This document shows, piece after piece, positions 1 through 18,029 of a stretch of DNA of 64,000 nucleotides. A program made the position numbers and the translations under genes. Location: assembly GCF_009914755.1 (NCBI RefSeq), contig NC_060937.1, one strand, 5' to 3'. This DNA is from the human T2T-CHM13v2.0 reference genome, Homo sapiens. The notes below the pieces were generated by a model. That model saw only the letters and a program-made list of their open reading frames with translations. It was not told the DNA's origin and ran no database searches. Every line of letters starts with the position of its first letter. Position 1 is the stretch's first letter.

Positions 1-268
1 AGCCTTGAACTCCTGGGCTCAAGCAATGCCCCCATCTCAGCCTCCCAAGCAACTAGGACTGTAGCTAGCTCCTAACTCATTCCCTCCATTCCTGCCCTCC
101 CCTAACTTTATATTGCAGCCAGAAGGATATTTTTTCTGAAGAGCATCTCATGCTGAGTGGCAGCAGAATGCAGAGATTAAGAGAGGGGGCCGGGCACAGT
201 GGCTCACACCTCTAATCCCAGCACTTTGGGAGGCCGAGGCGGGTGGATCACCCGAGGTCAGGAGTTCA

Positions 269-448
<180 letters not shown>

Positions 449-1941
449 TCAAAAAAAAAAAAAGAGTGGCGCCAGGTGCAGTGGCTCACGCCTGTAATCC
501 CAGCACTTTGGGAGGCCGAGGCAGGCAAATCATCTGAGGTCGGGAGTTCGAGACCAGCCTGACCAACATAGAGAAACCCCGTCTCTACTAAAAATACAAA
601 AAAATTAGCCGAGCGTGGTGGCATGTGTCGTATGCCTGTAATCCCAGCTACTGGGGAGGCTGAGGCAGGAGAATTACTTGAACCTGGGAGGCAGGTTTTT
701 TGTTTTTTGTTTTGGTTTTGTTTGAGATTTTGGTTGTTGTTTTTTGGGGTTTTTTTGAGACAGGGTCTCACTGTGTTGTCCAGGCTGGAGTGCAGGGGTG
801 CGATCATGTGTCACTGCAGCCACAACCTCCTGGGCTCAGGTGATCCTCCCACCTCAGCCTTCCTGAGTAACTGTTACTACAGGTGTGCACCACCATGACT
901 GGCTAATTTTTGTATTTTTTGTAGAGACAAGAGTTTCACCATGTTGCACAGGCTGTTCACAAACTCCTAGGCTCAAGCTATCCACCTGCCTCAGCCTCCC
1001 AAAGTGCTGGGATTATAGGCATGAGCCACCTTGCCCAGCCAACTGAGCCACTTTGTGCCAGGACTAGGTCAGGTACTTGGGACATATACAGGCAAGGACA
1101 CTGCCCACAGGGAACTGACAGTGTCTAGCAGCTACACAGATGACACGGCCTTTTCGGCAGACACCCCTGTCCCCTGTGCTTGGCAAACAGCAGAGACTCA
1201 AAAATGTATATGGTTTGACTCCCACTGGAACATAAGCCCCTTAGGGCAGGGACCAGGGTCACTGTATTCCCAGCACCTATAATCAAGAGGTACATGACGC
1301 TGCAGCTGAGAGCAGGGACTCTGTGCTAAGTTACCTACCTGGTTTGAACCTAGGCTCTGCCACTCAAAGGCTGTGTGACCGTGGGAAATAATAGTACCCA
1401 CCCCAAAGGTTTGTTATTAGTATTTAATAATATTTATTGGTAAGGTGCTTAGAATAGCCCCCCTGCCTACAGGAAGCAGTACATAATTATAATGTCTAAA
1501 TATACAGTAGTTCCAGGCCAGGCATGGTGGCTCATGTCTGTATTCCTAGCAGAATGAGAGGCCGAGGAAGGAGAATCATTTGAGTCCAGGAGTTTGAGAC
1601 CAGCCTGGATAACATAGTGAGATCTCGTCTCTACAAAAAATAAACAAAAGTAAGCCAGACATGGTGGCACATGCCTGCAATCCCAGCTACTCAAAAGGCT
1701 GTGATTAGAGAATCACTTGAGCCCAGGAGGTAGAGGCTGCAATGAGCTGAGATCACACCACTGTACTCCAGCCTGGGCAACAGAGTGAGACTCCGTCTCT
1801 TAAATAAATAAATAAATAGGGGCCAGGCGTGGTAGCTTACACCTGTAATCCCAGCACATTGGGAGGCTGAGGCGGGAGGATCACTTGAGGACAGGAGTTC
1901 AAGACCAACCTGACCAACATGGTGAAACCCCATCTCTACTA

Positions 1942-2145
<204 letters not shown>

Positions 2146-2622
2146 CTAGAAGTTGGTTAATGGATGGGTTTTCAGGGAGAATTTTAGCAGCCGAGCTGAG
2201 AGGTAGGTACTCTAGCCAGGGTATATAACATGAGCTAAGGGAACAGGACAGCAAATATAAGGTGTGATCAGGGGAAAGGCATCATATATTGACTGTCCAG
2301 GAACAATGGATATCTGAGAATGTAGGAAAGCTAAGTTAGGACCAGGAAAAGGAGAGTATTAAATGCCAAAGAAGATGCCACCAAAGGTTCTGGAACAGAA
2401 AGCAGCAGAGCTATGCCTTGTAAAGATAAAGCCTGCAGTGTATTGACTGGGTTGGAATCTGGAATCATTGCGTGCCTCCAGTCAAGACGTGGCAACTGAC
2501 CAACTACCTTTTATCACTGACCAGACTCTTCCCTACGTGCAGATAACTGAGGACGCAAGCCTTAGTTACTGGGTGTGGTGGTGCTATTAACGGAAAAAGG
2601 GAAGTCAGCCAGCAAAGGCTGA

Positions 2623-2998
<376 letters not shown>

Positions 2999-3521
2999 TA
3001 AAGATGTAATAATAACGCACCTTATTATTTTCCAAGTACTTCCATAGATAGTGGCCCACTTCTGAGTATGAATTAAATTTCCCTTTGTGGCCTTTGTTTT
3101 TTTAATAGATCTTCATTTCTGGGGGGACTTACAAACAGGTGACTTCTCCATTCACCAGAGATGGGACATTATACACTGACCTACTTCCATATTCACTTTC
3201 CCTGCTTGATTGGAGGTGAGGGAGAAAAATTAGTGTATAAGGCCGGGCGCGGAGGCTCACGCCTGTAATCCCAGGACTTTAGAAGGCTGAGGCAGGTGGA
3301 TCACCTGAGGTCAGGAGTTCGAGACCAGCCTGGCCAACATGGTGAAACCCCTTGTCTACTAAAAATACAAAAATTAGCCAGGTGTGGTGGCACACGCCTG
3401 TAATCCCAGTTACTCAGGAGGCTGAGGCAGGAGAATTGCTTGAACCCAGAGGCAGAGGTTGCAGTGAGCTGAGTCCATGCCATTGCACTCTAGCCTGGGC
3501 AACAAGAGTGAAACTCTGTCT

Positions 3522-3554
<33 letters not shown>

Positions 3555-3952
3555 ATAAGTGTATAGAACTTTATTGTTTCATTGACCGGGCACGATGGCT
3601 CACGCCTGTAACTCTAGCACTTTGGGAGGCCAAGGTGGGCAGATTGGCTGAGCTCAGCAGTTTGAAACCAGGCTGGGCAACATGGTGAAACCTATCTCTA
3701 ATAAAATACAAAAAATTAGCCCGGTATGGTAGCACATGCCTATAGTTTCAGCTACCTGGGAGGCTGAGGCATGAGAATCACTTGAACCCAGAAGGTTGCA
3801 GTGAGCCAAGATTGTGCCACTGCACTCCAGCCTGGGCAACAGAGCAAAACTCTGTCTCCAAAAAAAGAGAACTGGCCAGGGATGGTGGCTCACGCCTCTA
3901 ATCCCAGCACTTTGGGAGGCTAAGGTGGGCAGATCACGAGGTCAGGAGTTCA

Positions 3953-4174
<222 letters not shown>

Positions 4175-4421
4175 TTAAAATACACCTCTTGGAGCCAGTC
4201 CCAGATACTTGGGAGGATCAGGAAGGAGGACCTCTTGAGGCCACAAATTTGAGGATGTAGTGTGCCTGTGAATAGCCACTACACTCTAGCCTGGGCAACA
4301 CAGAAAGACCTCATAAATAAATAAATAGGCCAGATGAGGTGGCTCACACCTGTAATCTCAGCACTTTGGGAGGCCAAGGCTGGCAGATCACGAAGTTAGG
4401 AGATCAAGACCATCCTGGCTA

Positions 4422-4652
<231 letters not shown>

Positions 4653-5036
4653 TTAAAATATAGTTCTTAAAACATGCCATGAGTAGGTTTAATTTTTCTA
4701 AATCATAGAATAGGATACTGAAGCCCAGAGTGGTCATGTGTCTTGCCTAAGGTCACACACAGCTAATATATACAAGATCATGGGTCTTCTGGCTCCAGTC
4801 TGAGGCTGTCACAATAACTAGCTTCTCACTTGGTCCTACCTAAGACACAGGTGTCAGCAACTCTAAATTCAAGAAATTGAGATTAAGACTAAAGTAATAG
4901 CTTATAAACATTAATTAAGCATATTAATTGCAAGATGTTAAACCAGTCACTGAGAGATTAAGACATTGAAGATACTGGTTTCTGCCTTAATAGAGCTAAC
5001 AATTTAGTAAAAAAGTCGCAAATGAGTCAAGACTTA

Positions 5037-5333
<297 letters not shown>

Positions 5334-6207
5334 TCAAAAAAAAAAGGATGGGGGATAAATTTAGCAAGAACCCTCATCATCCCATTTACCTACAGCCTAA
5401 TATGTACTAGGAACTTACATATACAATAATAGGTAAAATCTATTAAGAATGTATTATGTTTTATAGTTGAACAAATTGTGTCGCTTAATCAACTTAGAAT
5501 TCATGTAAATGCCACATTTGAGCTCTGTTACATTGAGAGCTCTCCAGGCCCAGCCTACCATGTTAAGCCATTGATAAACCTCCCTGCTACTATTTAAAAC
5601 AAGATGGATACCTTTCTACTGTCTTTAAAGAGGAAGAGTACACACTGTTGGACTGTATGCACTCTCCGTCTCTCAAGACAGTAATCTGAGGGATTACTTC
5701 AATAGCAGAAGTTAAAAGAAGCGGTCAGTTGGGTTTATTACATAATCTCAATCACATCCTGACCAATAAAATGCACCAATAAAGATCAGCAAATAAAAGC
5801 AAGTGATTAGAAGAGCAATTTTATGCTCACGAGCTCTGAATTCACAAGTGTGAGATTTCCTGTCAAGTACTCTCATGAGCTCAATTAATCTCTGACCCAG
5901 GGTGAGAAAATAAACATAGTGACGCAGAGGCTGCAGCTCATGCTTTGGAATTTGTCAGACTTGACTCAGTTCCCAACTCCATCATGTCCTGCCTGGGTGA
6001 CCCTCATTATGCTACCTGGACTCTCTCAGTTTCCTTCACCTGTATGTAACACAAGAGCAGAGCCACCCTCAACAAGGGGTTACTATAAAAATCGAAGAAC
6101 CCGGCATCTCTAACAACATCCCTGGCACGGAGCAATCCCCCTTCTCCCTCAGCCACTGGCTGAGCACCCACAGAGGGGAGTAAGTCCTATTGTGGTAATG
6201 GTTCTCA

Positions 6208-6762
<555 letters not shown>

Positions 6763-6997
6763 TTATTTTTCCAATTGGCCTATAAGGGGAACAGACATCC
6801 ATATTTTTATGGCTGTCCAGGTGATCCAATCATGGTGAGGGCTAAGAAACTGCTATGTAATCTAAAAAGAATTTAGAAAAAACAAAGCTAATAAGGTTAA
6901 AAGAAATAATGCACATCAACAATCATTTGAAGGGAGCAATTTGAGAGTATATTCATGAAAAGCAGCACCAAGAGCCAGCTTGTGTTAAGAGGAATCA

Positions 6998-7135
<138 letters not shown>

Positions 7136-7138
7136 CTA

Positions 7139-7419
<281 letters not shown>

Positions 7420-7744
7420 TTAGCCGGGTGTGGTGGCAAGCACCTATAATCCCAGCTACTCGGGAGGCTGAGACAGGAGAACCGCTTGAACCCCGGGAGG
7501 CAGAGGTTGTACTGAGCTGAGGTTGCGCCACTGCACTTCGGCCTGGGCGACAGAGCAAGACCCTGTCTCAAAAAAAAAAAAAAAAAAAAAAAAAGAGAGG
7601 AAACCATGCCAAATGACTTTAACCCTTTTCTTGGTAGGGTTTCTGAATGACTGCCCAGGCTGGGCATGACGGTTCACACCTGTCATCCCAGCATTTTGGG
7701 AGGCCAAGGCAGGTGGATCACTTGAGCTCAAGAGTTCGAGACTA

Positions 7745-7939
<195 letters not shown>

Positions 7940-8779
7940 TCAAAAAAAAAAAAAAGACAGAAGTGCCCAGGTGATCCAATACTCCAATACCTCTTGACTT
8001 CCATAAAGCAGACCTCCATATGACACGACCTCTCTTGACACTTGTGGCCAAGTTAATCTAGCAACCACAGTGTTGATTAGTGGATCTGCCACAACCTAGA
8101 GGACATTCCTAGGACCCATCCTTTCTAGCATTCAGACTACGAAAGTGTTCCAAGAACTTTCAACAGCAACAATGAGCTGCTAAACGTTAGCATCTACAAA
8201 ATGAATTTGCATAGGGATAGAAGAGCAGTTACATGGGGACAAGCCCTGCGGACTGTGAGGTCAATTGGCCATGTGTCCAATATAGCTCAACTGCATGTAT
8301 CACTGATGATGCCCAAATTGACATAAACTTCCTGACCACATTGGCCAACATGATGAAACTCCATCTCTACTAAAATACAAGTATTAGCTGGGTGTGGTGG
8401 CGCGTGCCTGTAATCCCAGCTACTCGGGAGGCTGAGGCACGAGAATTGCTTGAACCAGAAGGTGGAGGTTGCAGTGAGCCAAGATCATACCACTGCACGC
8501 CAGCCTGGGCAACACAGTGAAACTCCATTTAAAGAAATAATAATAATAAGATAAACTTCTCCATGAGCCCCAAACTCATGACCAATTGAATGCCTATTCA
8601 ACATCTCCACTTGAATGTGTAGCAGGCATCTCAAACTTAACAGGGTCAAAAATAAACTCCTGTCCAGGCACCATGGCGCATGCCTGTAATCCCAGCACTT
8701 TTGGAGGCTAGGGCGGGAGGATCACTTGAGCCCAGGAGTTCAATACCAGCCAGGGCAACATGGCAAAACTTCATCTCTA

Positions 8780-8962
<183 letters not shown>

Positions 8963-9391
8963 TTAATGTGGCCATGATAGCTGTCTTTGAATACTATGAG
9001 GCGAGCATATGAAGGGAGGTAGCCAACTTGCTCTGCGTGTTGACAAAAAAACAAAGGAGAGCGGCTCTGAACCTATTTTGGTTCTAGGAGCTGCTTGATT
9101 CACAGATCATTCTTTGCTTCATTAAATTCTGTAATGCTTTTCTTAGAAGTAAGTAAACACAAGTAGAAATTGCATGGAAAGAAAACTGTGGCTCAATACA
9201 ACATAATTCTGGCATTCGAATCTAAAGTCATGAGAGTCACATAATGCATTTCCCCACTGCCCAGTATCTGGAAGGGATTCCTGTACTGAGTGTGGGCTAG
9301 AAGATCTCTTCCTTTCAACCCACTAATTCTATGACACTAAGGAAAAGGGGAAGATAGGAGCTAGCGCAGAGAAAAGAGCAGACAGGGACTA

Positions 9392-10287
<896 letters not shown>

Positions 10288-10678
10288 TGATCCACCTGCC
10301 TCGGCCTCCCAAAGTGCTGGGATTACAGGCATAAGCCACCGCACCCAGCCTGGACTACGTTTTCTTTTGCTTTTTTTTTTTTTTTGAGACAGAGTCTCAT
10401 TCTGTAGCCCAGGCTGGAGTGCAGTGGTGCAATCTTGGCTCACTGCAGCCTCCACCTCCTGGGTTAAAGCGATTCTCCTGCTCGGTCTCCCAAGTAGCTG
10501 GGATTACAGGCATGTGCCACCATGAAAGAAGGCAGGGTGCCTTCTTTCTTGCCAGGTGCAAATCCATTACAATAAAGTACCATTCCTGTTCTCAAAGAGC
10601 TCACACAATGAGGGAGGCAGCCACTGTATCGTGCAAATAATGCTAGCTATTAAACAAGCCCTGATTCTCAATGGCTTA

Positions 10679-10990
<312 letters not shown>

Positions 10991-11338
10991 CTATAGTCCC
11001 CTTTTGGGCCATCTAGGGTGGTGAACAACACCATACATTTACTCCTAGCTGGACTTTCACCATCTTGCGGCTCGGCCTCCTCTCAGTCCTCCTCCTCTCC
11101 AGGAGGCCTCTTTATTCAGCTGGAGAGGCGTTGCATGGGGCTGGTTTTTGTGTTCCAGGCGTGGAAGCGAGACACCTTTTGCAACCACTTCCTATTGGCC
11201 AGGTCTCAGTTTCATGGTCACCTCTGACCACAAGGTTGGGGTAGAAAACATAGTCCAGGCTGGGCATGGCGGCTCACGCCTGTAATCCCAGCACTTTGGG
11301 AGGCCCAGGTGGGTGGATCACCCGAGGTCAGGAGTTCA

Positions 11339-11546
<208 letters not shown>

Positions 11547-12190
11547 TTAAAAAATTAAAAACAAAAAATAAAATAAAAATAAGGCACTCAAATGTTTGCT
11601 AAATGAATAATCTAAACCGCAGAGGATCAAGGCAGTAACCTTGGCCTCCCAGACACCGATCAAGTAGAATTGGACACCAAAGACTGAGAAAGACCTGAGA
11701 AACGTGGCTCCCAAATCTCAGCATCTGAATCAACCAGGAAATAATGCTTTAAAAAATGCAGATTTCAGGATGCTCAACCCCAAGAGACTGTGATTCTGCA
11801 GACACAGAAATTTACTATTTGGCCGGCCACAGTGACTCACACCTGCAATGTCAGCACTTTGGGAGGCCAAGGCGGGAGAATCACTTGAAGCCAAGAGTTT
11901 AAGACCAACATGGGCAACACAGCGAGACCTGGTCTCTACCAAAAATGTATTAATAAAAATTACTGGCCAGGCACAGTGGCTCGCCCCCGTAATCCCAGCA
12001 CTTTGGGAGGCCGAGGTGGGTAGATCACAAGGTCAGAAGATCAAGACCATCCTGGTCAACATGATGAAATCCCATCTCTACTGAAAATACAAAAATTAGC
12101 TGGATGCAGTGGCGTGCGCTTGTAGTCCCAGCTACTCAGGAGGCTGAGACAGGAGAATCACTTGAACCCTGGAGGCAGAGATTGTAGTGA

Positions 12191-12573
<383 letters not shown>

Positions 12574-12717
12574 CTAGGTGTGGTGGCGTGCACCTGTAGC
12601 TCAGCTACTTGGGAGGCTGAGCTGGAAGGATCACTTAAGCCTAGGAATTTGAGGCTACAATGAGCCATGATTGCATCACTGCACTCCCACCTGGGCAACA
12701 GAGCAAGACCCTGTCTC

Positions 12718-12720
<3 letters not shown>

Positions 12721-12758
<38 letters not shown>
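12721..12758 (+). repeat. (AC)n microsatellite in an Alu tail
   Basis: About 19 AC units read directly. Confidence 0.95.
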
Positions 12759-12765
<7 letters not shown>

Positions 12766-13307
12766 AAATTAAATGGCCAGGAATAGTGGCTCATTCCTGT
12801 AATCCCAACGCTTGGGAAAACCAAGGCAGGAGGACTGCTTGAGCCCAGGATTTTGAGACCAGCCTGGGCAACATAGTGAGACCTCATCTCTACAAGAAAA
12901 ATATTTTTTTTATTATAGAAAAAGAAAATATAAAATTAAACATTTGATGCATTGACTGAGGGCCTCACACACCCTTCCTCTCTAAGCCATCCCCTGCCCT
13001 CAGCCACTTGTGTTTGCTTCTATAGTCATGTCATCAGCTCTCTAGGGCAGGTCTCCAGAGAGTCTGTCTGGTCACCAGTGGCAGTTTCCACAGCAGCACA
13101 GGCTTTGCAAGATGACACTTCACCCACTGAGATATGGCCAGCAACAGGGGAGCAAGGATTTAACCACTTTCTGTGGGCCAGATGCATCTGGAGATCCCTC
13201 TCAATGCCCATATTTAGGGAAAAGTCCTTCGTTGTTAGCCTCCACCCTGCTGCTGACCCCAGATCACCTCTGGATCAGGTGTGGGCAGAGGAATGCAAAG
13301 TGCCTGC

Positions 13308-13326
13308 CGGGCACCAGGGGGCAGCA
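13308..13326 (+). promoter_or_regulatory. Candidate CTCF motif
   Basis: CGGGCACCAGGGGGCAGCA; 13/14 match to the core CCASYAGRKGGCRS, in non-Alu sequence. Confidence 0.4.
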
Positions 13327-14359
13327 GGACAATTCCTAGGAGAGTCTCAGGGATTGACCCATCTTGTGCCCAGCTGGCCACAGTTCATAGGCTATGCCAC
13401 TTATTTCCACTAACGGGAAAGAGGAGGAATTATTCAATAAATGATAATGGGGAAAACGAGCTGTTTGGGGAAAAAATGGGGACTATCTCATATCAAATAC
13501 CAAAAGAAATTCTAGCTGCCTTTATTGTTAGAAATGAAACAATAGCTAAAAGAAAATGGAAGGCCAGGCACAGTGGCTCACACCTGTAATCCCAGCACTT
13601 TGGGAGGCCGATGCAGGTGTATCACCTGAGGTCAGGAGTTCGAGACCAGCCTGGCCAACATGGTGAAACCCTGTCTCTACTAAAAACATGAAAATTAGCC
13701 AGGCATGGTGGTGGGCACTTGTAATCCCAGCTACTTGGGAGTCTGAAGCAGGAGAATCACTTGAACCCTGGAGGCGGAGGTTGCAGTGAGCCGAGATCAC
13801 ACCACAGCCAGCCTGGCAACAGAGCTAAAACTCTGTCTCATAAAAAAAAAAAAAAAAGAAAGAAAAAAGAAAGAAATAGGTGAAAATACTACCTTTAAAA
13901 ATCCACAATTGCCAACAGCCATAATGCATGACTCCTTTTAGACTCCAAGTCCAAATTATGCTATAAATACACCAAAATCCCGGGAAAATACTTTGAATAA
14001 AAGTCAGTAAGCCAGTTATTGGCATCATTTAGGTAGGCAGCTGCCAGTTCACAAGTTCAGAAAGCAGATGATATTTGAGAAGAAAAGCAAACACTCAACA
14101 AGAAGGTGAAAAAGCAGTTTTTCCCTACAAGGTGGGCCCTGTCTCCAGGCAGCCACTTCCTGGATGGGCTCATTTCAGCTTTCCACTGGCAGTGGGAAGG
14201 GTACACAAATACTGACCTAAAAGCAGGAGGCTAAGGCACAAAATATAACTCAAGAATTTACTACAGACCCAGTGTGGTGGTTCATGCCTGTAATCCCAGC
14301 ACTTTGGGAGGCCGAGGCAGGCAGATCGCTGGAGCTCAAACTCCTGAGCTGTGGATTAC

Positions 14360-14535
14360 AGTGTCCTTGGGGCACTGTTAGGTTAATCTGTAGCTATGTG
14401 GCAATATGAAGTACTTTCGAGTGATAAGTAAATAGCTCAAGGGGGTGGGAACTACGAGGTGACTGCTGTGTCATTTTAATGTCTCTCTGGGCCTGATAAT
14501 TTAAAAGGACTCCGCATTCCTCAGATGATGATGAT
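14360..14535 (-). mobile_element. ERV1-class LTR 5' fragment (LTR54/MER57-like)
   Basis: Reverse complement ATCTGAGGAATGCGGAGTCCTTTTAAATTATCAGGCCCAGAGAGACATTAAAATGA resembles these LTR starts; subfamily uncertain. Confidence 0.5.
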
Positions 14536-14561
14536 TATTATTTTCTCACTATGAGGCCTCA

Positions 14562-14876
<315 letters not shown>

Positions 14877-14967
14877 TCAAAAAAAAGAAATAAAGAAATT
14901 TTAACAATTAAAAATAAAGAAAAGCATAATACTGTAATAATACTCCAATGAAAGGAGTAGCTGGAAG

Positions 14968-15152
14968 CAGTAAGCGCCTCAAATCAGGATCACCTGGAGC
15001 ACTTGAAACCTCACCACCCCCACCCACACACCCAGTGTTTCCAGTTTTACTGAATCAGTCCAGAGTGGATGCTGGAGAATCTGCATCTCTTAGAATCTCC
15101 CAAGTGATGCCGATGCTGCTGCTCTGAGTGCTATGCTTTGAGAACAGCTGCC
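14968..15152. mobile_element. MER5A-like hAT MITE
   Basis: atcacctggagcacttg...gaatctgcatctct...cccaagtgatgccgatgctgct...ctttgagaacagctg. Confidence 0.65.
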
Positions 15153-16068
15153 CTAAAGCACACTAATAGTTGTTACACATGCATCATCTCCAACTGCAGG
15201 TACTTTAAGAATTTCCCTTGAGAAACTCTAGCCTTCCAGAACAGGGAGCGCCTTCTCCATGCATTTCCGACAGCACCTGAACTGGAAGCAGCTCAGTACA
15301 GCAGCTCCAAAGAGGCTGGGGAGCCAGTCTGCCCAGCTTTGGAGCCTGCTCTGACACTTGATTGTTGTGTGAGTCCAGGCAACTTAACCACTCTCAGCTT
15401 AAGTGTCCTCGGAGTAAAACAGAGGTCTACTAGCTCCTTCCCTTCCATCAGGGAAACCGGAAATGAACACCTACTCAAGTCATCAATGGGAGCGCATCAC
15501 TTCCTATTTCCCTGCCACCTACATTTTGAAAATGCAGGGGGAGAAAAATATAAGGAGGCAGGAGTCACATCTGTAATCCCAGACTTTGGGTGGCCGAAGC
15601 GGGAGGAACACTTGAGCCCAGGAGTTCAAGACCAGCCTGAGCAACAACATAGAGAGCCCTATCTCTACAAAAAAAATTTTTTTTTATTATCCGGGCATGG
15701 TGACACACACCTGGAGCCCCAGCTACTCGGGAGGCTGAGGCAGGAGGATTGCTTCGGCCCAGGAGTTGGAGGCTGCAGCAAGCTATGAATGTGTCACTGC
15801 CCTCCAGCCTGGGTCACAGCTTGCACAAAGCAAGATCCTGTCTCAAAAAAAAAAAAAAAAAAGTTCCTTGCCCTGCCTGAAGTTGAGGAGACCATTTGTC
15901 TACCTCAAGTTATTATTTGCAGAAACCACACCCATATTCCTTCCTCCTCCACGTGCCCCTCTCCTTAAGAGAAAGGCCGCCAAACAACCAAGAGAAGTTC
16001 CTACACCCACTGAGTGTACCACAATCGAAACAAGAGTAAGCGACTCATCCTCTTGGAATCCCCTAGGT

Positions 16069-16266
16069 CAAGCTTGTCCAACCTGAGGCCCATGGGCTGC
16101 CAAATTCGTAAGCTTTCTTAAAACATCAGATTTTTTTTTGCGATTTTTTTTTAGCTCATCAGCTATCATTAGTGTTAGTGTATGATTAGTGTTAGTGTAT
16201 TTTATGTATGGCCCAAGACAATTCTTCCAGTGTGGCCCAGGGAACCCAAAAAATTGGAGACCCCCA
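16069..16266. mobile_element. MER30 hAT MITE with perfect 8-bp TSD
   Basis: caagcttgtccaacc...aaattggagacccc, flanked by ccctaggt at 16061-16068 and 16267-16274; internal tandem duplication of attagtgttagtgtat. Confidence 0.85.
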
Positions 16267-16368
16267 CCCTAGGTTGTCCCATAATAAAAGGCAATATCAA
16301 CATGTGGGAAAGATGAGGCGGCAGAGGTCAAGAAACAGAAGATCTAATAATCATCCAAGTGAGATTGA

Positions 16369-16890
<522 letters not shown>

Positions 16891-17818
16891 TAGCGATTCC
16901 AGGGACCCCACCTCCGAGCTGTCCTCCTACGTGGAAGTGAAAGTATTGGAAACAGGGGAAAGAAGCTGGTCAAAGACAGACTCCAGTCGTGGCGGTGCAT
17001 GTCCCAGTTAAAAGCAAATCCTGGAAAATCTTGTTCAAGAACAGGGTCCCCATTCATAAATGAAAAATAATAATAGTGTTATTTTACCCACATGAAACTT
17101 GCCATAACTAGGTACCACGACCCACATGGACACACAGTGAGATTCCCACAAAGAGGCAAAAGGAGAGCCCTGGTCACTGAGACAAAAGATACAGAGACAC
17201 CGGGACACAGAGAGGTACAACGGGACGTGGAGTTGGATCGAGCTGTCTCGTAAGGAATATCGGAAGGGGTGGGGACACTACTGGGAGATGGCATAGGTCC
17301 AGGACACTAATTAGGCTTTGGCTGAGATCAGATAAAGGAAACTGTTCGTAAGCTGCTTACTTAAAAAGAAAGGAAAAGGTGCGTTTGAGTTCAGGAGACT
17401 GCGAGTCCCAGAGCAGGAGGCGGGAGCCAGCGAAGGGTGGGCGTGTAAGGGGTGCAGTCGCTTCTCCCGCTGGGCAAGAGACTCCCCCTTTCGGCAGCCT
17501 GGGTTCCCCGCCTCCCCACCTCCTGCTCCTCCTCCCCCGAGCCCTAAGGGCCCGCAGGGCCTCCAGTAGCAAAGCCACTGGCCCCGCGTCCCCGCGTCCC
17601 CCTGCGCCGCGCCCCGGGGCGCAGGCAGGGACCACGCGGCCGGCGTGGGGGCGGCGCCACCCGCAGCAGAAAGCCCCGGCGTGGACCGCGTGGCGTAGGA
17701 AAGCGCTCCCCTCGCCCCCAGCCGCAGAGGGCTTGGGCAGCATCGGGCGCGGCCCCGGGAGAGTGCGTCCGCGGCGCCAGCGGCTGCAGGGTGACCTGTT
17801 TCGGGCGGGGACACTCAC

Positions 17819-17892
17819 CAGAAGAACACGCGTGAGCAGAGGTTCGCGTCCTGCAGCGGGTTGGGCTTCACCTCCTGGTACACGGGCAGCAT
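17819..17892 (-). CDS. ABCC4: ABCC4 (MRP4) coding part of exon 1, 74 nt, phase-2 donor
   Basis: Reverse complement reads ATG CTG CCC GTG TAC CAG GAG GTG AAG CCC AAC CCG CTG CAG GAC GCG AAC CTC TGC TCA CGC GTG TTC TTC TG|GTGAGT = [24 protein letters not shown](W), which I recognise as the human MRP4 N-terminus. Kozak context ggcAagATGc, consensus donor GTGAGT at 17818-17813, Leu at codon 18. Confidence 0.98.
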
Positions 17893-18029
17893 CTTGCCGG
17901 GCGGGGCGGGCGCGGGCCGGGGTCGCGCTGATCAGGCGGCGGTGGCCGCGGGCTCCGCTCCTGGACCTCAAGCAGGGATGCTGGGGCTCCGGCCGCCACG
18001 CCTGTCCGCTCGGCTGGAGCCTGTGAAGC
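17893..18029 (-). other. ABCC4: ABCC4 exon 1 5' UTR (TSS near 18029)
   Basis: GC-rich, ATG-free stretch upstream of the start codon. The 5' end GCTTCACAGGCTCC matches my recollection of the reference mRNA start; the exact TSS is not derivable from sequence alone. Confidence 0.75.
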
